64,000 bases of DNA from Eledone cirrhosa (lineage: Eukaryota). Below the pieces are notes generated by a model that did no database searches, had not been told where the DNA came from, and was given only the letters and a program-made list of their open reading frames with translations. Each line of letters opens with the position of its first letter. Position 1 is the stretch's first letter. The position numbers and the translations under genes were made by a program. Positions 14,208-28,134 of this stretch are shown one piece after another. The DNA lies in the NCBI GenBank assembly GCA_964016885.1, contig OZ024752.1, positions 44,330,001-44,394,000 of the forward strand. The letters run 5' to 3'.

Positions 14208-14238
14208 TTTTCAACATGAACCAGCTTCAATCACTTGA
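14208..14238 (+). CDS. Candidate terminal coding exon ((S)FQHEPASIT*) joining exon 2170-2282
   Basis: A long polypyrimidine tract (14132-14200) ends in ctcggcag|. The phase matches the phase-2 end of 2170-2282 (AG+T = Ser), giving ...YPEEEYSFQHEPASIT*. The exon is short, so the phase match could be chance. Confidence 0.4.
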
Positions 14239-14606
14239 CAGATGATCACGTATCGAAGAATATGATATTCATCTATTTTATAATGACTAGCTTATGTAGA
14301 TTCACATCCTTTGTGTGTTGATGTGCATATGTAGAGATCGATGTATATATATATACGTGTTTGTATATATGTACGTATATTATGTGTGTGTATGTATATT
14401 ATATATGTGTTTGTATGTATGTGTATGTATATTCATGAACAATAGCATAAAATAGTTCTTTTGAAAGACTTATATTATGAAAGAAAATTATTAAGCTTTT
14501 AGTTACAAAGGTGTGGGGCTTTAAAAGGTGGTAACTAGGGCAGAAAGCACTTTTACTAAGTATAATGATTCTAGTATCCATAAGTGAGGAATATAGTCAA
14601 ATAGCT

Positions 14607-15335
14607 TTTGTATATTGAAGTTATATTACCTCAACATTTGTATATTGAAGTTATATTACCTCAACATTTGTATATTGAAGCTATATTACCTCAACATTTG
14701 TATATTGAATCTATATTACCTCAATAATATATTTGTATATTGAAGCTATATAACCTCAACATTTGTATATTGAAGTTATATTACCTCAACATTTGTATAT
14801 TGAAGCTATATAACCTCAACATTTGTATATTGAAGTTATATTACCTCAACATTTGTATATTGAAGCTATATTACCTCAACATTTGTATATTGAAGCTATA
14901 TTACCTCAACATTTGTATATTGAATCTATATTACCTCAATAATATATTTGTATATTGAAGCTATATAACCTCAACATTTGTATATTGAAGTTATATTACC
15001 TCAACATTTGTATATTGAAGTTATATTACCTCAATATTTGTATATTGAAGCTATATTACCTCAATATTTGTATATTGAGGCTATATTACCTCAATATTTG
15101 TATATTGAAGCTATACAACTTCAACATTTGTATATTGAATCTATATTACCTCAACATTTGTATATTGAAGTTATATTACCTCAATATTTGTATATTGAAG
15201 TTATATTACCTCAATATTTGTATATTGAAGTTATATTACCTCAATATTTGTATATTGAAGTTATATTACCTCAACATTTGTATATTGAAGCTATATTACC
15301 TCAACATTTGTATATTGAAGCTATATAACCTCAAC
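14607..15335. repeat. 30-bp minisatellite, about 24 copies
   Basis: Unit tttgtatattgaagttatattacctcaaca with few variants. Confidence 0.95.
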
Positions 15336-15444
15336 TTTTCATCAGTATATTATTATTGAGACTGGAGAAATTTATTAATTAAAAGTCGATCAATATGTCT
15401 CTACAACTCTCTTCTGTTTTACTTCTTTAATCTTGTAAGATTCG

Positions 15445-15648
15445 TTATAGCCTTAGACAAACCAGCCGTATCCAGCCAGAATTCTCTCACCTCTTTCTGT
15501 TCAAACTGGCTGTAACCGGCCAGCCACTCATACTGATGTTAAGGTATGGTTCTCAATAAATGTCAAAATCTCATAGATTCAATATTATGTGAGGTAAAGC
15601 CTTTACCATGAAAATACAATAGTAAATATAGAGTAATGTAAAGGGTTA
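15445..15648 (+). mobile_element. piggyBac-type MITE copy with a decayed left end
   Basis: Body matches 12368-12555 and ends gtaaagggtta. Confidence 0.7.
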
Positions 15649-15764
15649 GACTACTTGTGTAGAGAGCTTATATATAATATTTAAGCAAATAGTCAAAAAT
15701 ATGTTCAGAAGATATGTTTGCAGGCTTAAATATATAAAAATGTGTGTTTACATACTGTGCTCTT

Positions 15765-15810
<46 letters not shown>

Positions 15811-15814
<4 letters not shown>

Positions 15815-16135
15815 AAGTAAGTGTACAAACCAATCAAGAAGGAGAGATAAGAGATTAGTTGTGAGAATTATAAGCCAGTAGTGAAGAGGACAGTGTACTC
15901 AATACGTATTAAGTGCAAGACAAGCTAACAGTAAAAGTAAGCAAGAGAATCGTACGTCATGTAAAAGTGTATATGCACATCGTTAACATAAATATTATTG
16001 TTAGAGAATACAGAAACAAATTGTTGAATAAATTATATTTATTGGTTTACAATTGTTTCAGAAGCCAGACCACAATTTATTTTGTAAAAATAAATTCTAT
16101 CAATTATTGATTTGATAAGAACGGATGATATTAAA
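15811..16135 (-). mobile_element. Possible Penelope-like pLTR remnant next to (TA)n
   Basis: The minus strand reads gaaacaattgtaaaccaataaa (about 16038-16059): GAAA, a palindromic ACAATTGT stem III, GUA, then AATAAA. The CUGANGA half is not recognisable. Confidence 0.35.
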
Positions 16136-17502
16136 ACTAAACTATGAACTGATGACGGACGTTAAACGATGATGATGATATATATATGATATAATATATA
16201 TATATATACAAATTCGAGTTATTTTCATTGTTAAATTAATACCTAATATATATATATATCATCATCATCATCATCATCATCATTTAACGTCTATCTTCCA
16301 TGCTAGCATGGGTTATATATATATATATATATGATTTCGGAAGTAGACTTTCCCCAGATTCACATGTCTCATTCTAATGTATGAATTTAATTCTCACGTC
16401 TTAATTTTCTCTTCCATATAATAAAGTTTAACAACTGAATATATTCACAATGATAGACTTCTCTTGCTGGCTGGTTTCCATCAGGTTTTGTTTCGATGGG
16501 AATTTCTACTTCATTTCTTATTTATTTTCTCATATTTGTATTATTTTCTCTAGTTTTATTAATCGACTGTTGTATGACAGTTTCACTGAAGTCAGTAGAG
16601 ATAGAGAACAAGACTTTCGCAATTCTGTGTTGAATATATTACTAATGTTGTAGTAGATATATATATATGTGTGTGTGTGGTAGTGTGTGTGTGTGTGTGT
16701 GAATATATTAGTAATGTTGAAGTAGATATATGTGTGTATGTGTGTTAGTATGTGTTAATGTTAGAGTGTGTGTGTTAGTGTTAGAATGTGTGCAAGATAA
16801 ATAATTTAATGTTGACCAGAGACAGTATATAAGTGGAAATGTGAATAAACTACTGTTTTGCCACAAATATATAATTCCATTTCCAGAATTGTCTCTTTTG
16901 TTTAAAATCTTATTCACATCAGAACATTTATTTTCTGGATATTTCAACTAAAATACACCATTGAAATAGTTTGACTTTTGTGGCTTTAATCAGCTATTTT
17001 CTCCTTCTTTCTATTATTGTCAGCTAATTCTCAGTAGTTTCCCCAAATCATCTATCATTCACCAATATTACATTTTACAGTAATCATTCTTTTTGTTAAG
17101 CTCCATTGTACATCTTTATATTCCTGAAATGTTTTATTATTTGTTGCTTACAGAAGAGAAAGTTTACTGTTGAAGTGTAATGACAACTACACAATCAACT
17201 CGATGTTACTGCCATTGTCTCGTTAGTAATTCTTTCTATTGTAGTTGTAGCTTATTTCAAATTTTGCTTTTCAAAGTTAGATATTGTAAAGATTCTTATT
17301 GTGTAATTCTGATGAAAATATCTGCATCTCTATAAACTTCTCATAATAAATGAGCATAACGAGTGAGACTGAATAGATGGTAGCTAGGGTTGAACTTTGG
17401 GGTCAAAAATATTACCACACAATATCACATATCACTTGAATCTCACAATGTATTTTACTTCTCCTCTTGTAATTGGATAATAGGAACATTGCCTCTCTAA
17501 CT

Positions 17503-17538
<36 letters not shown>

Positions 17539-18249
17539 GTAGGTGTAGTTTAGTCTCTGTAAACAGTTGTTATGGGGTTTTCAAACTCTAAACTCTGTAT
17601 AACTATAACAATGCTAATTCCTCTAACCATAGATATTCTCCCCTCTCAAAAAGGTTAGCTATGTAACCTACGAGACAGAACCTCACAATTAGAACATGGC
17701 CCCTCTCAAGCTATGCAACCTACAAGACAGAATCTCAGTTAGAAAAACATGTGTAATGGATCAACTGGAGTGGTGGTTCTATTCAACTTATCTGTCCAGA
17801 TGAGCAGAAATCCTATAATATACAGACTGGAAACAACACATCTGTTGGTTAACAACTGGGCTTTCTGCTGTGGGAACTTTTACCAATGAGTTGTTTTGTA
17901 CAGTCTCATATGTTTGAGAAGTACTACCAACCTACCTGGCAATACTCTAATATTGGTTGCACTTGAGCTTTCATTTAGCTAGTTTATGCAACAGCATTAT
18001 ATATAGTTGTTTATTTAAACATTTTAGCAGTTATATTAGTTCAAATAAAACAAAAATGAAAATTCTTTAAAGATATTTTAATATTTTCCTTTATTTGCAC
18101 CATTATACTAAAAATAATTAAAAAATTTATTAAATACTTAATATTATTTTGCTCAGAAAGTAAACAGATATTAAATTTTTGTTTAGGCAATTTGTAAAAT
18201 GGTATGATATTAAAAACTGAACAGTTTAATATTCTAACTAATAATTCTT

Positions 18250-18435
18250 AGTAATATTTGGCACAAAACCAGCAATTTGGGGGAGGGGGCAGTCGATTAT
18301 ATCAATCCTTGTATATGACTGGTATTTTATTTTGTCAAGTCTGAAAGGGCGAAAGGTAAAGTTGATCTTGGCAAGTTTTGAGATTAGAACATAAAACAAT
18401 AACTAAATAGTGCAAAGATTTTTGTCCGATGGTCT
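18250..18435 (-). mobile_element. Diverged tRNA-derived SINE
   Basis: Reverse of the 20050 family: tttggcacaaaaccagcaatt...actggtattttattttgtcaa...gaaaggtaaagttgatc. Confidence 0.6.
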
Positions 18436-19196
18436 TAAAAATGTTGGTCTTGGTGGGAAATTGAAACCAGAACTTCCAGTGATTCTTTCCTCAGTCTAAC
18501 TACATAGCAGCTTTGTTCAAAAATGATTCCTAAGATTTGTTTTTATTGGTTCCAACCACTTGTCACACTATTGCATCCTTTATATTCATTTTTAAATCTA
18601 AAAATGTTTTCAAAAGCCTCCACTGGCCCTGCAATGATCTTCTTGTGATCCTGCAGACTCTGGTTCTCCACATTCTTATGAAGACTGTCTACATGTCGAC
18701 ACCTGATAAACTGACTCTAGTAGAACAACACTTGTTCATTCACATACACATTAATGTCTTTTTCTCTATAAAACACTCTGGTTTGACATTACCATTTTTC
18801 TTGTTAGTACTTTGAGGAGTTCTTTATATTTCTCTGCCAGTTCCAGCCATTTTCTCTTCTCTTCTCTTATTGCTTTCACATATCTTCATCTAGTGAAACT
18901 TGTTGGCAGCTGACATCTCTTCCACATCAACTACTTATCCTTGTGTAGTTGCCAACTTGTCAACAATACCATGCTAGATTACAGCCAACTTCTTATTATG
19001 ATTTACATTTTACACTTTTCTTCAAATATTTTCCAAAATAACTCATACTGATGTCTTTATGTAAAGATTTTTCTTGTGTCTGTCTTTTGTAAGCTTAGAA
19101 ATATCGCTGTCTATCCTCAACTTTGAAAATATACTGCTGCTTGAATATCATATATATATATATATCATCATCATCATCATCATATATGTGTGTGTA

Positions 19197-19430
19197 TGCA
19201 AAAAGTAAACAGAAATAACAAAGCAAACAACACAGTAAAATGAAGAAATATATTAGTTTAACGCTTGATTTAGTAGGAAAAGTGTGTTAACGTTTTGGAC
19301 ACTAGTCCTTCATCAGAAGGTAGAGTGAGAAATAATAGATGAAATAGAAAGATAGAAAGAAAAGGAAGGAATGGAAAAAATGTTTTTTCTTTAGAAAAGA
19401 CACGCGCGTATTGAGTCAGTCATTTTGAAT
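19197..19430 (-). mobile_element. Penelope-like pLTR remnant with a decayed hammerhead motif
   Basis: The minus strand at 19285-19320 reads cctt CTGATGA a GGAC tagt GTCC aAAA cg tta, with G12 lost at a CpG. Flanked by (TG)/(TA) tracts. Same layout as 58750-58905. Confidence 0.55.
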
Positions 19431-20049
19431 AAATATATATATATATATATGTACACACACAGATACATATATACATACATACTACACACACACATATATA
19501 TTTTATGCAATCTACTTTCTCCTGAAGATCTGTGATAGTGTTGTTACCCCCCCCATCATGACATCACACGTTTCTTCCTCATGATCTATTTATCTCCCTT
19601 CTTTTTTTCCCCTCTTCTTTCTTATCCTATAAAGTTTCAGAAAGTATCTATTTTAGCCAGATATACAATCATCTTCTGATTTTTCCATTTAAAGAGAAAC
19701 AAAATCCGCAAGCGTCCCATTCACTCCACCCCCCACCTCGTCTGACATGGAAATCAAATGAATGTATTGTCTCGGCTGACCAAAACAGAATTCAGTTATT
19801 TGTCGTTAGTGCAACATTACTCATGCAGTTATTTTATTAGGAATATTGTTAGCCTAGTTTCACAGCATCGGTACTGAGAGACATGCTAACGACCTAGCTA
19901 TCAGGTAACACAGCCATGACCTAGCCTTCTTTCTCTCAACCCCCAACACTTTCTACTGTTACTGTAATTATATTCTTTGCCTATTTAGATCAGACTTCTG
20001 TCACTAACCTTTGTTTGTGCCTTAATCAATAACAAGCTTTGTTCTACTT

Positions 20050-20240
20050 TATGGTGGATTGGCAGTATCGGTAGAGGCTCGGACGCCATGCTTTCCAGCA
20101 AAGAGTTGTGTCCCTTTATGATCTGAGTTCAAATCCCGCTGAGGTTAACTTTGCCTTTCATCCTTACGGGGTCGATAAAATAAAGTACCAGTAATACACT
20201 GGGATAGTTGCTGGCCTTGTGCCAAAAGTAGAAACAATTA
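20050..20240 (+). mobile_element. tRNA-derived SINE with a 12-bp target-site duplication
   Basis: A-box-like tggcagtatcggtag, B-box gagttcaaatccc, core gcctttcatccttacggggtcgataaaataaagtaccag. TSD tttgttctactt at 20038-20049 and 20241-20252. Confidence 0.9.
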
Positions 20241-20413
20241 TTTGTTCTACTTACACCCTCAGCAGATCATTTAAATATATATTCAACGAGGTATCTCTCT
20301 TTATTTCTCAACTTCTATAAATCTCTGTTATGTCATCATCAGGTTAATCTCACTTGTCCATAGTGATATATCCTGCTCCACTGCGTATGTTCTTCTCTCT
20401 CACCAAATGTGCT

Positions 20414-20452
<39 letters not shown>

Positions 20453-21304
20453 CTTCAGTAGTTTCAAGAGGCTCTTCAAAGACAGTACTTAGCTCCAACT
20501 ACATGGTGTTATGGTGTTGAATAGATGAAATATAAATCTCTTGTCTATTCTCAGATTCTATTTTGTTTCAGATAACATTAACAGAAGGTCTGGTAGCTAT
20601 CCCAAACAGTTATATATGACTGGGGCATGTAAAACTGTGCCCAGTTCAAATAAACACATTAGAAAACGTCTACAGCTGATTTCAATTTAATAACCTTATG
20701 ATGAAAGTCCAATACCCACGTAGCTATTTCTAACTTCAACTTACTGAAAATCTGTGTATTTCTATATGTGTTTATATAAATGAGATGATGTATATCTGTT
20801 TGAAGAACCATTAAAACATTAAATACATAAGAGAAATGGTAGTATATGTATGTAAAAATGGCCATATGTGATGTGAGGTGGAACTATCACAGTGTACCAA
20901 TAATACCTACTCCGAGAGAGTGGAGTTGGTAGTGGTTGGATGTTGTAACTAGATAGTGTAAGTAATACAGTCTTCTTTGAACTCCTTTAAACAGGAGGAA
21001 CATTACAATTTATTTTCTCTCAAACACTTCTCCAATTGTTCTGTCTTTTTATGTCTTTTTATTCGTTATTGCAGTACTATTATATATATATAGTATAGAC
21101 TTATCTAAACATGGCAGTTATTTGATAAAACAATGTTTACATTATATATTTTATATATTCTATAAAACAATGTTGATGTCTACCTTATATATTTGTTCAG
21201 TATTTACATAATACAACATCCTTTACAGAATAACCTGAGTTTTATCACTTGTGATTTTATTGAAACTTATTTTACTATTGAATATAACTGTACAAGCATT
21301 TTTG

Positions 21305-21347
<43 letters not shown>

Positions 21348-21614
21348 CCAACAATTTAACAAGGTTCATTGATTAATCAATGAATAAAGTTTTACAATAG
21401 ATTAGAAGCACTCAACAAAGACGTTTTCTGGAGTTATTAATATTACTTCAAAATATTAATAAATATAGACATTCATGTGATCAAATATATTTTATTATAC
21501 ATATTTCAGAGGTACTGAGCTATTTCATCAGTACGTTCTCATCAGATAAAATAAATTGATGTCTGACATACCTCAACTGTGCTGATGTTTCAATTCCAGT
21601 CTTGGCAGTCTTGT

Positions 21615-21674
<60 letters not shown>

Positions 21675-21679
<5 letters not shown>

Positions 21680-22035
21680 TCATCATTGTTTAACGCCCAG
21701 CTTCCTCGCTAGCAATCAATATCGTTATCATCGTTTTAATGTCTACTTTCCCTACTAGCAAGGGTTGGACATGTCTACATAGACCAAGTCAGTACTGAAG
21801 CAGGGCTACTGACCTCCCAGACTGACCAGACAGGGGTTGACTGCATCTGACATATGGTATTACATCCTACCAAGTACATAGAGAGGTTGTCATGACCTTG
21901 ACACAAGTGAAGGGTCCTCCCAACCCTTTGTTTGGTCAGCTTTCTGTGGCTGGATGCTCTTCTTATCACCAACCACTTTACAGCATGTACTGTAGGTCAT
22001 CAACACTAGAGAGGTTGTCACATTGTGACACGACT
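21675..22035 (-). mobile_element. SINE copy, (CAT)n-tail family
   Basis: Homologous to 36610-36995 and 58270-58445 (ctagcaagggttggac...aagtcagtactgaag...gaagggtcctcccaaccctttgtttgg...ggctggatgc). Confidence 0.7.
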
Positions 22036-22842
22036 GATGTAGCAACTTCATATTTTAGAAGAGCCAGGAATGAGGTGGAGCCAGGTCTAAAGTGGAAGGA
22101 GCCCAGAACAAAATGTCTTTCTTTGTCAAGAAATCTTGGACTAGTTACAACAAATGAAACAAATCTTTGTCATGATGTAGCTTCCAGTTTTGTGAGGTCC
22201 ACAGATCAAGTCTGTTGTGTCACCAAGACGTCAGACGACTTCCTGATGGTACACCTGTTTAGTTGTTTGTCTTTCTCAGGTGTGATACATGACATCTCTG
22301 TAGTCAACGTCACCTTTAATTTCAATGAAATCCAATGACATCTGCAGTGTGGTCTCCTCCCTGGGGGGCGCCACTTTGGCTGCTCTTTTATTATCTATAT
22401 CTGATGTCGCTGTTGGGCTGAATGTTGATAATGTATGTGTGTGTGTGGGGTGGTTGTGTGTGTGTGTGTGTGTGTGTAATATTTATATTGAAGTTTATAA
22501 CAATTATCAATAGAAATACTAACACACCTACTTCCTCACTGGCAAATACTTTTTCTTACCTTCTCTCTCTTTCCACAATCATGCAGAGTTATTCTATAAC
22601 CCCCCCCCCCCCCTTTATATCGATGTGACAAAAGCCAACTTTCATGTCTTCCGTTTTGATTAGAATTTCTGATAAAAGAAAAGCAATCTTCGCTGAAAGT
22701 TTAATCTAAAACCTATCCCGTATCATTTTGGATATTTTGAACCAGAGCAGAATATTTTAACACACCAAAGATATTTTATAGAAAGAAAATAAATAAACAG
22801 TACCATTCCTAGATCTACTGTTGCAATAGAAAGAAGCATTAT

Positions 22843-22980
22843 TGTGATGGTGGTGATGATGGTGGTGGTGGCAATGGTGGTGGTGGTGGTGGCAGTGATG
22901 GTGGCGATGGTGGTGGTGGTGGTGGCGATGGTGGCGGTGGTGGTGGTGGTGGTGGTGGCAGTGATGGTGGTGGTGGTGAT
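22843..22980. repeat. (GGT)n microsatellite
   Basis: Directly visible. Confidence 0.9.
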
Positions 22981-23108
22981 AATCATCATCATTGATTTTT
23001 CATCTTTTTCTTGCTTGTATAGAATATAGGAGGCTTTTTGTAGCAGTTTTTTTTTTCTACTGCCAAATACCTTTCCAGAGTAGTATGAACCCATATTATA
23101 ATGTTTAG

Positions 23109-23281
23109 CAGTATCGAGGGTCGGACGCCATGCTTTGTAGCATAGAGTTATGACCCTTTACGTTCTGAGTTCAAATCCCGCTGAGGTTAACTTTGCTTTT
23201 CATCCTTACGGGGTCGATAAAATAAAAAAGTACCAGTAATGCACTGGGATAATTGCTGGCCTTGTGCCAAAAGTAGAAACA
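23109..23281 (+). mobile_element. tRNA-derived SINE with a 14-bp target-site duplication
   Basis: Near-identical to 20050-20240 and slightly 5'-truncated. TSD attataatgtttag at 23095-23108 and 23282-23295. Confidence 0.9.
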
Positions 23282-24125
23282 ATTATAATGTTTAGATATG
23301 GGTGGTGCCCCAGCATGGCCTCAGACAGATAGCTGGAGCAGGTGAAAGAGTACAAGAGTATATGGTGTATACAACCTCCCTATGTCAAACCACAAAGCTG
23401 TGAGACGTATGCAAACATCACTGTCAATATTAAGACAATATCTCTTTCACACACACACATGCACGGTAGGCTTCCTTACAGTTTCTGTCTACCAAATTAT
23501 GTCTCTCTCTCAACTATTCATGGTGTTAAGAAATGTGAAATGGTTACAGCTGGGAATTGAAACCTCAGAAGCTAGATTTGTGTGTATGTGTGTGTATCTG
23601 TGTGTGGCATTACTCTCCTGCACTGTGTGTGTGTGTATCTGTGTGTGACATCACTGTCCTGTGTGTGTGTGTAGCATCACTGTCCTGTGTGTGTGTGTGT
23701 GTGTGTGACATTACTGTCCTGTGTGTGTGTGTATGTGTGTGTATCTGTGTGTGACATCACTGTCCTGTGTGTGTGTGTGTGTGTGTCTGTCCTCCATGGA
23801 CTGTATACAGAAAATATTCACAGAAAACATTTTCTTTTCGTGATGGTAAGAATAATGAACTTGTCCCTTATCTCGCGTCAACCCCCTCCCCACCTTCACT
23901 GACTCTCAAGATAAATTATGGAGATCTAGGAATAAATATACATATATTACACATATTTTCTTTCAAAAAAAATCTTGAGGGAATTTTTGTCTTTGTGTTC
24001 ATTATTCTAATTTGGTTTGTTTTTTTATCCTTTTGAATTTAAAATAATGTTTTTTACTGATTGTCAAGGAAAATATTGTAAAATAATGACTGATTAGTTA
24101 GTTTCTCCTAACAAACCCTGGCAAT

Positions 24126-24428
24126 ACTGTATGTCTACACACTTAACTGTATGTCTAGACACTTAACTGTATGTCTACACACTTAACTGTATGTCTACAC
24201 ACTCTACTGTATATCTACACACTTAACTGTATGTCTACACACTCTACTGTATGTCTACACACTTAACTGTATGTCTACACACTTAACTGTATGTCTACAC
24301 ACTTAACTGTATGTCTACACACTTAACTGTATGTCTACACACTTAACTGTATGTCTACACACTACTGTATGTCTACACACTCTACTGTATGTCTACACAC
24401 TCAACTGTATGTCTACACACTCAACTGT
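24126..24428. repeat. 20-bp minisatellite, about 15 copies
   Basis: Unit actgtatgtctacacactta. Confidence 0.95.
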
Positions 24429-26094
24429 GTGTAAATCCTCGACAAGTTGTTCACTATAGAATGACAGCAACAACTAATATGTACAAGACTTGGTAGTCTT
24501 TCTATCAAGACTTGGTAGTCTTTCTATCAATATACTATAGACAAATGTATTGTATATATTATCTCTGACTATGAAATTATTGTTTATTAGACATTATATT
24601 TTGTATGATTCCCTCCAATATTTAAGGTGTCGGGTAATATAAGGTGTCAGGTAATATAAGGTGTAAGGTAATATATGGTGTCAGGTGATATAAGGCAGCA
24701 AAAATGTCAAGTTTGTTGTATAAAAATAATATAAACAAGAAGAAAAATAAATCTTCATAAATAATAATATTTGTTTTTCTTGAGAAACTATTAACCAAAT
24801 TCCAGGAATGTCATTTTTGGTTTTCTGCTTATATTTGCTATAGAATTATTTCTTCTTCAGTAAAGAGGTTTAGGAAAACAACAGCAACAACAACAAATAA
24901 AAGAAGGATAATAATTGTAAGAGAATAAAATATTCCGTTGATAAGCAGAATGAGTGGAATTTTTGCCATTAGCTACATGCTTAGGAATTTTAGCATTAGA
25001 AATGTCAGTTGTGACAACTTTACTGACTGTAAAACATGTTGATGGCATTAAAAGACATTGGTAAATGTTGAATGCCATGAGGTGACTATCATTGGAAGTG
25101 ATTCTGTTGGGATGAAGGATGTTCCAGCCTTTAATAAACAGTTGATGTTAGAGAAACTTCTTACTTTCTCTCACCAAATATCATGACATTTCATCAACCT
25201 CACATATTGTTAGCACTTCTTTGCTTTCATACAATCTCTCAAATATTAACTTCCTCGTGTAAGTCACTCATGTCAGTCACTCGTGTGAGTCACTCAGTCA
25301 CTCATGTCAGTTACACAGATCAGTTGCTCATGTATGTCACTCGGGTCAGTCACTCATGTCACTCACTCACATCAGTCACTCAGGTTAGTCACCACGGGTT
25401 CGATAAAATAAAGTACCAGTAATGCACTGAGATCTCCCCCCCCCCCCCAAAAAAAAAAAAATTGATAGCTTTGTGACTAAAAATCAGAAACCAATATCAT
25501 TTTATTTGTTGTAAATTTATAAAAGACCCTAGAAATTGTCAACAGCCTGACGGGGTTCTAGGATTTTTTGATTATATTAAAAATATTTATGAAAAAAAGA
25601 ATCTCCAAGTATTAAAAGAGGTTTAGCAAGGAACTCCTTTTAATTGGAAATTAAGAAAGATTCCTAATATAAAGCTTTAAAAGATAAACTTCCAATTGTT
25701 CAAGTCACTTCTTCAATGTATTATACTGGAAAATATGGATATTTCTTAGTTTTATATCCTTCCCAATATTCAGCTGAGAATTAACCCCACAAGAATCCTC
25801 ATTAATGAATTATTCTGGTCATATTCTCCCAAATAATGAAATTCTCTACCCTTTCCACTTATAATTCCCCGTCCCTTTCCTCTCACCTCTTCCTCTCACC
25901 TCTTTCCTCTCACCTCTTTCCTCTTCCTGTCTTTGTCCTTTATCTGCATCTTTTATCTCATTCCTCTAACATACTCTCCTCTTTTTTCTCCTCTCTTTTA
26001 TCTTCCTCTCTTTTTTCTCTTTCTTTTCAATATTTCATATTCTACCCCCCCCTCCTTTTTCAATATTTATCAGCTCTCGACTTTGTCTCACAAC

Positions 26095-26950
26095 TTCACT
26101 CACACATAAACAGATAAACACTCACATACACCTTCACACTCACACATACATACACCATCACACTCACACATACGTCTACACCCTCACATACACCATCACA
26201 CTCTCACATAAACACATACTCATACATAAACACTTACATACACTTACAAACACTTACAACCCCATACACCATCACACTCACACACACACACACACTCACA
26301 TACACCTACACCATCAGACCAACACATACTCACAAAATAAGCACTCACACACATCTACACCCTCACACACACATCTACATCCTCATACACTCTCACACAT
26401 ACACTCTCATACACACATCTACACCCTCATACACACATCTACACCCTCACACACACATCTACATCCTCATACACTCTCATACATACACCCTCATACACAC
26501 ATCTACACCCTCACACACACATCTACATCCTCATACACTCTCACACATACACCCTCATACACACATCTACACCCTCACACACGCATCTACATCTTCATAC
26601 ACTCTCACACATACACCCTCATACACACATCTACACCCTCACACACATCTACATCCTCATACACTCTCACACATACACCCTCATACACACATCTACACCC
26701 TCACACACACATCTACATCCTCATACACTCTCACACATCTACATCCTCATACACTCTCACACATACACCCTCATACACACATCTACACCCTCACACACGC
26801 ATCTACATCTTCATACACTCTTACACATACACCCTCATACACACATCTACACCCTCACACACACATCTACATCCTCATACACTCTCACACATACACCCTC
26901 ATACACACATCTTCACCAACACACCCACCGTCACACCAACACACACACTT
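26095..26950. repeat. CA-rich compound minisatellite
   Basis: Recurrent catctacaccctcacacacacatctacatcctcatacactctc blocks. Confidence 0.9.
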
Positions 26951-27264
26951 TGTTGTCTTTCAGCTGATGCAGACATTTACATTTTTCTATATTTTCCTCC
27001 TCTTATATTCTATTCTCAGGCATATGCCTATTTCCACTATTTCTGCCCTTTTCTACTTTTTTTTGTAGGGTACAATGGCGGTGGGGCCTCTATGCTTAAT
27101 AACCTCCTGTCAGTGTTGGTTTTAAATTTACACCCTCTTTTCTCTTTGTTCTTTTTTCTTTACATTACATAATGGTAATCACAGTGGCTGCCTTTTGAAG
27201 CTGCAAATATGAAGGGTTGTTGTTGTGTGTGTGATAGAAAATGACTTTATCTCTGAATGGACAT

Positions 27265-27360
27265 GTTTGTGCGTGTGCATGTGTGTGTATATATATATAT
27301 ATACATACATATACATATGTATGTATATATATACATACATATATGTACATATATGTATGC

Positions 27361-27408
<48 letters not shown>

Positions 27409-27503
27409 ATGTATATATATATATATATACATGTATGTATGTATATATATATATATATACATGTATGTATGTATGTATATATATATATATACATGTATGT
27501 ATG

Positions 27504-27534
<31 letters not shown>

Positions 27535-27651
27535 ATGTATATATATATATACATACATATATGTATGTATGTATATATTTATATCTATCTATTTATCTAT
27601 ATCTGTATATATATATATATCATCACAGTTTAATGTCCATTTTCCACGCTA

Positions 27652-27692
<41 letters not shown>
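27265..27692. repeat. (TA)n/(TATG)n microsatellite with a short SINE-tail remnant
   Basis: Directly visible. The remnant catcacagtttaatgtccattttccacgctagca lies at about 27620-27655. Confidence 0.9.
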
Positions 27693-27700
<8 letters not shown>

Positions 27701-28107
27701 TAACAGATTAAAGTTTAAGCAAAGAATCGCTGCTTTCACCCTTAACGGGATCTTCTGAAACTAACAAAGTCAATCTGTGAACACAGAAGTGAATATTTCA
27801 AAAAACGTTGCAACCGGAGGAAGACAGGAAGACGATACTTTGGCCCGTGGAAACGTTCCCTGGCAAAGAACGGGAAAAAAACAAATACAATACGTCATTA
27901 TTTGGAGCGGTGAAAAACAATTACACGTTCACAGATTGACTTTGTTAGTTTCAGAAGATCCCGTTAAGGGTGAAAGCAGCGATTCTTTGCTTAAACTTTA
28001 ATCTGTTATTTTAATAAATATTTGCTCTACGGTTCTTATATATTTGATATATATTTATCCTTATCGAGCCCTCTTTGGATTTTAGTCTTCAAATTTATTA
28101 TTATTAC
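27693..28107 (+). mobile_element. Fold-back plus tail element in (TA)n, family B
   Basis: Perfect 90-bp inverted arms at 27693-27782 and 27927-28016, a 144-bp spacer and a tail of about 90 bp (28017-28107). (TA)n on both sides. Confidence 0.8.
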
Positions 28108-28134
28108 TATATATATATATATATATATATATAT

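Noticed and set aside
14740-15359. LRR-like ORFs (LKLYYLNICI repeats)
   Set aside because: They come from a 30-bp minisatellite, and the resemblance to leucine-rich repeats is coincidental.
17309-17325. Other CTGATGA/CTGAAGA heptamers (for example near 16149, 17309, 29194, 37745, 62516)
   Set aside because: None has a downstream stem II, GAAA, UH and closing stem I.
20050-20145. Possible tRNA gene
   Set aside because: A/B boxes are present, but the sequence continues into a SINE body with a TSD and several dispersed copies, and I could not fold a cloverleaf.
27825-27862. Hammerhead-like fold in the family B spacer (cagg aagacga ... gaaa cgttc cctg)
   Set aside because: The core departs from CUGANGA at positions 3-4 without compensation and stem II is weak, so it is not supportable.
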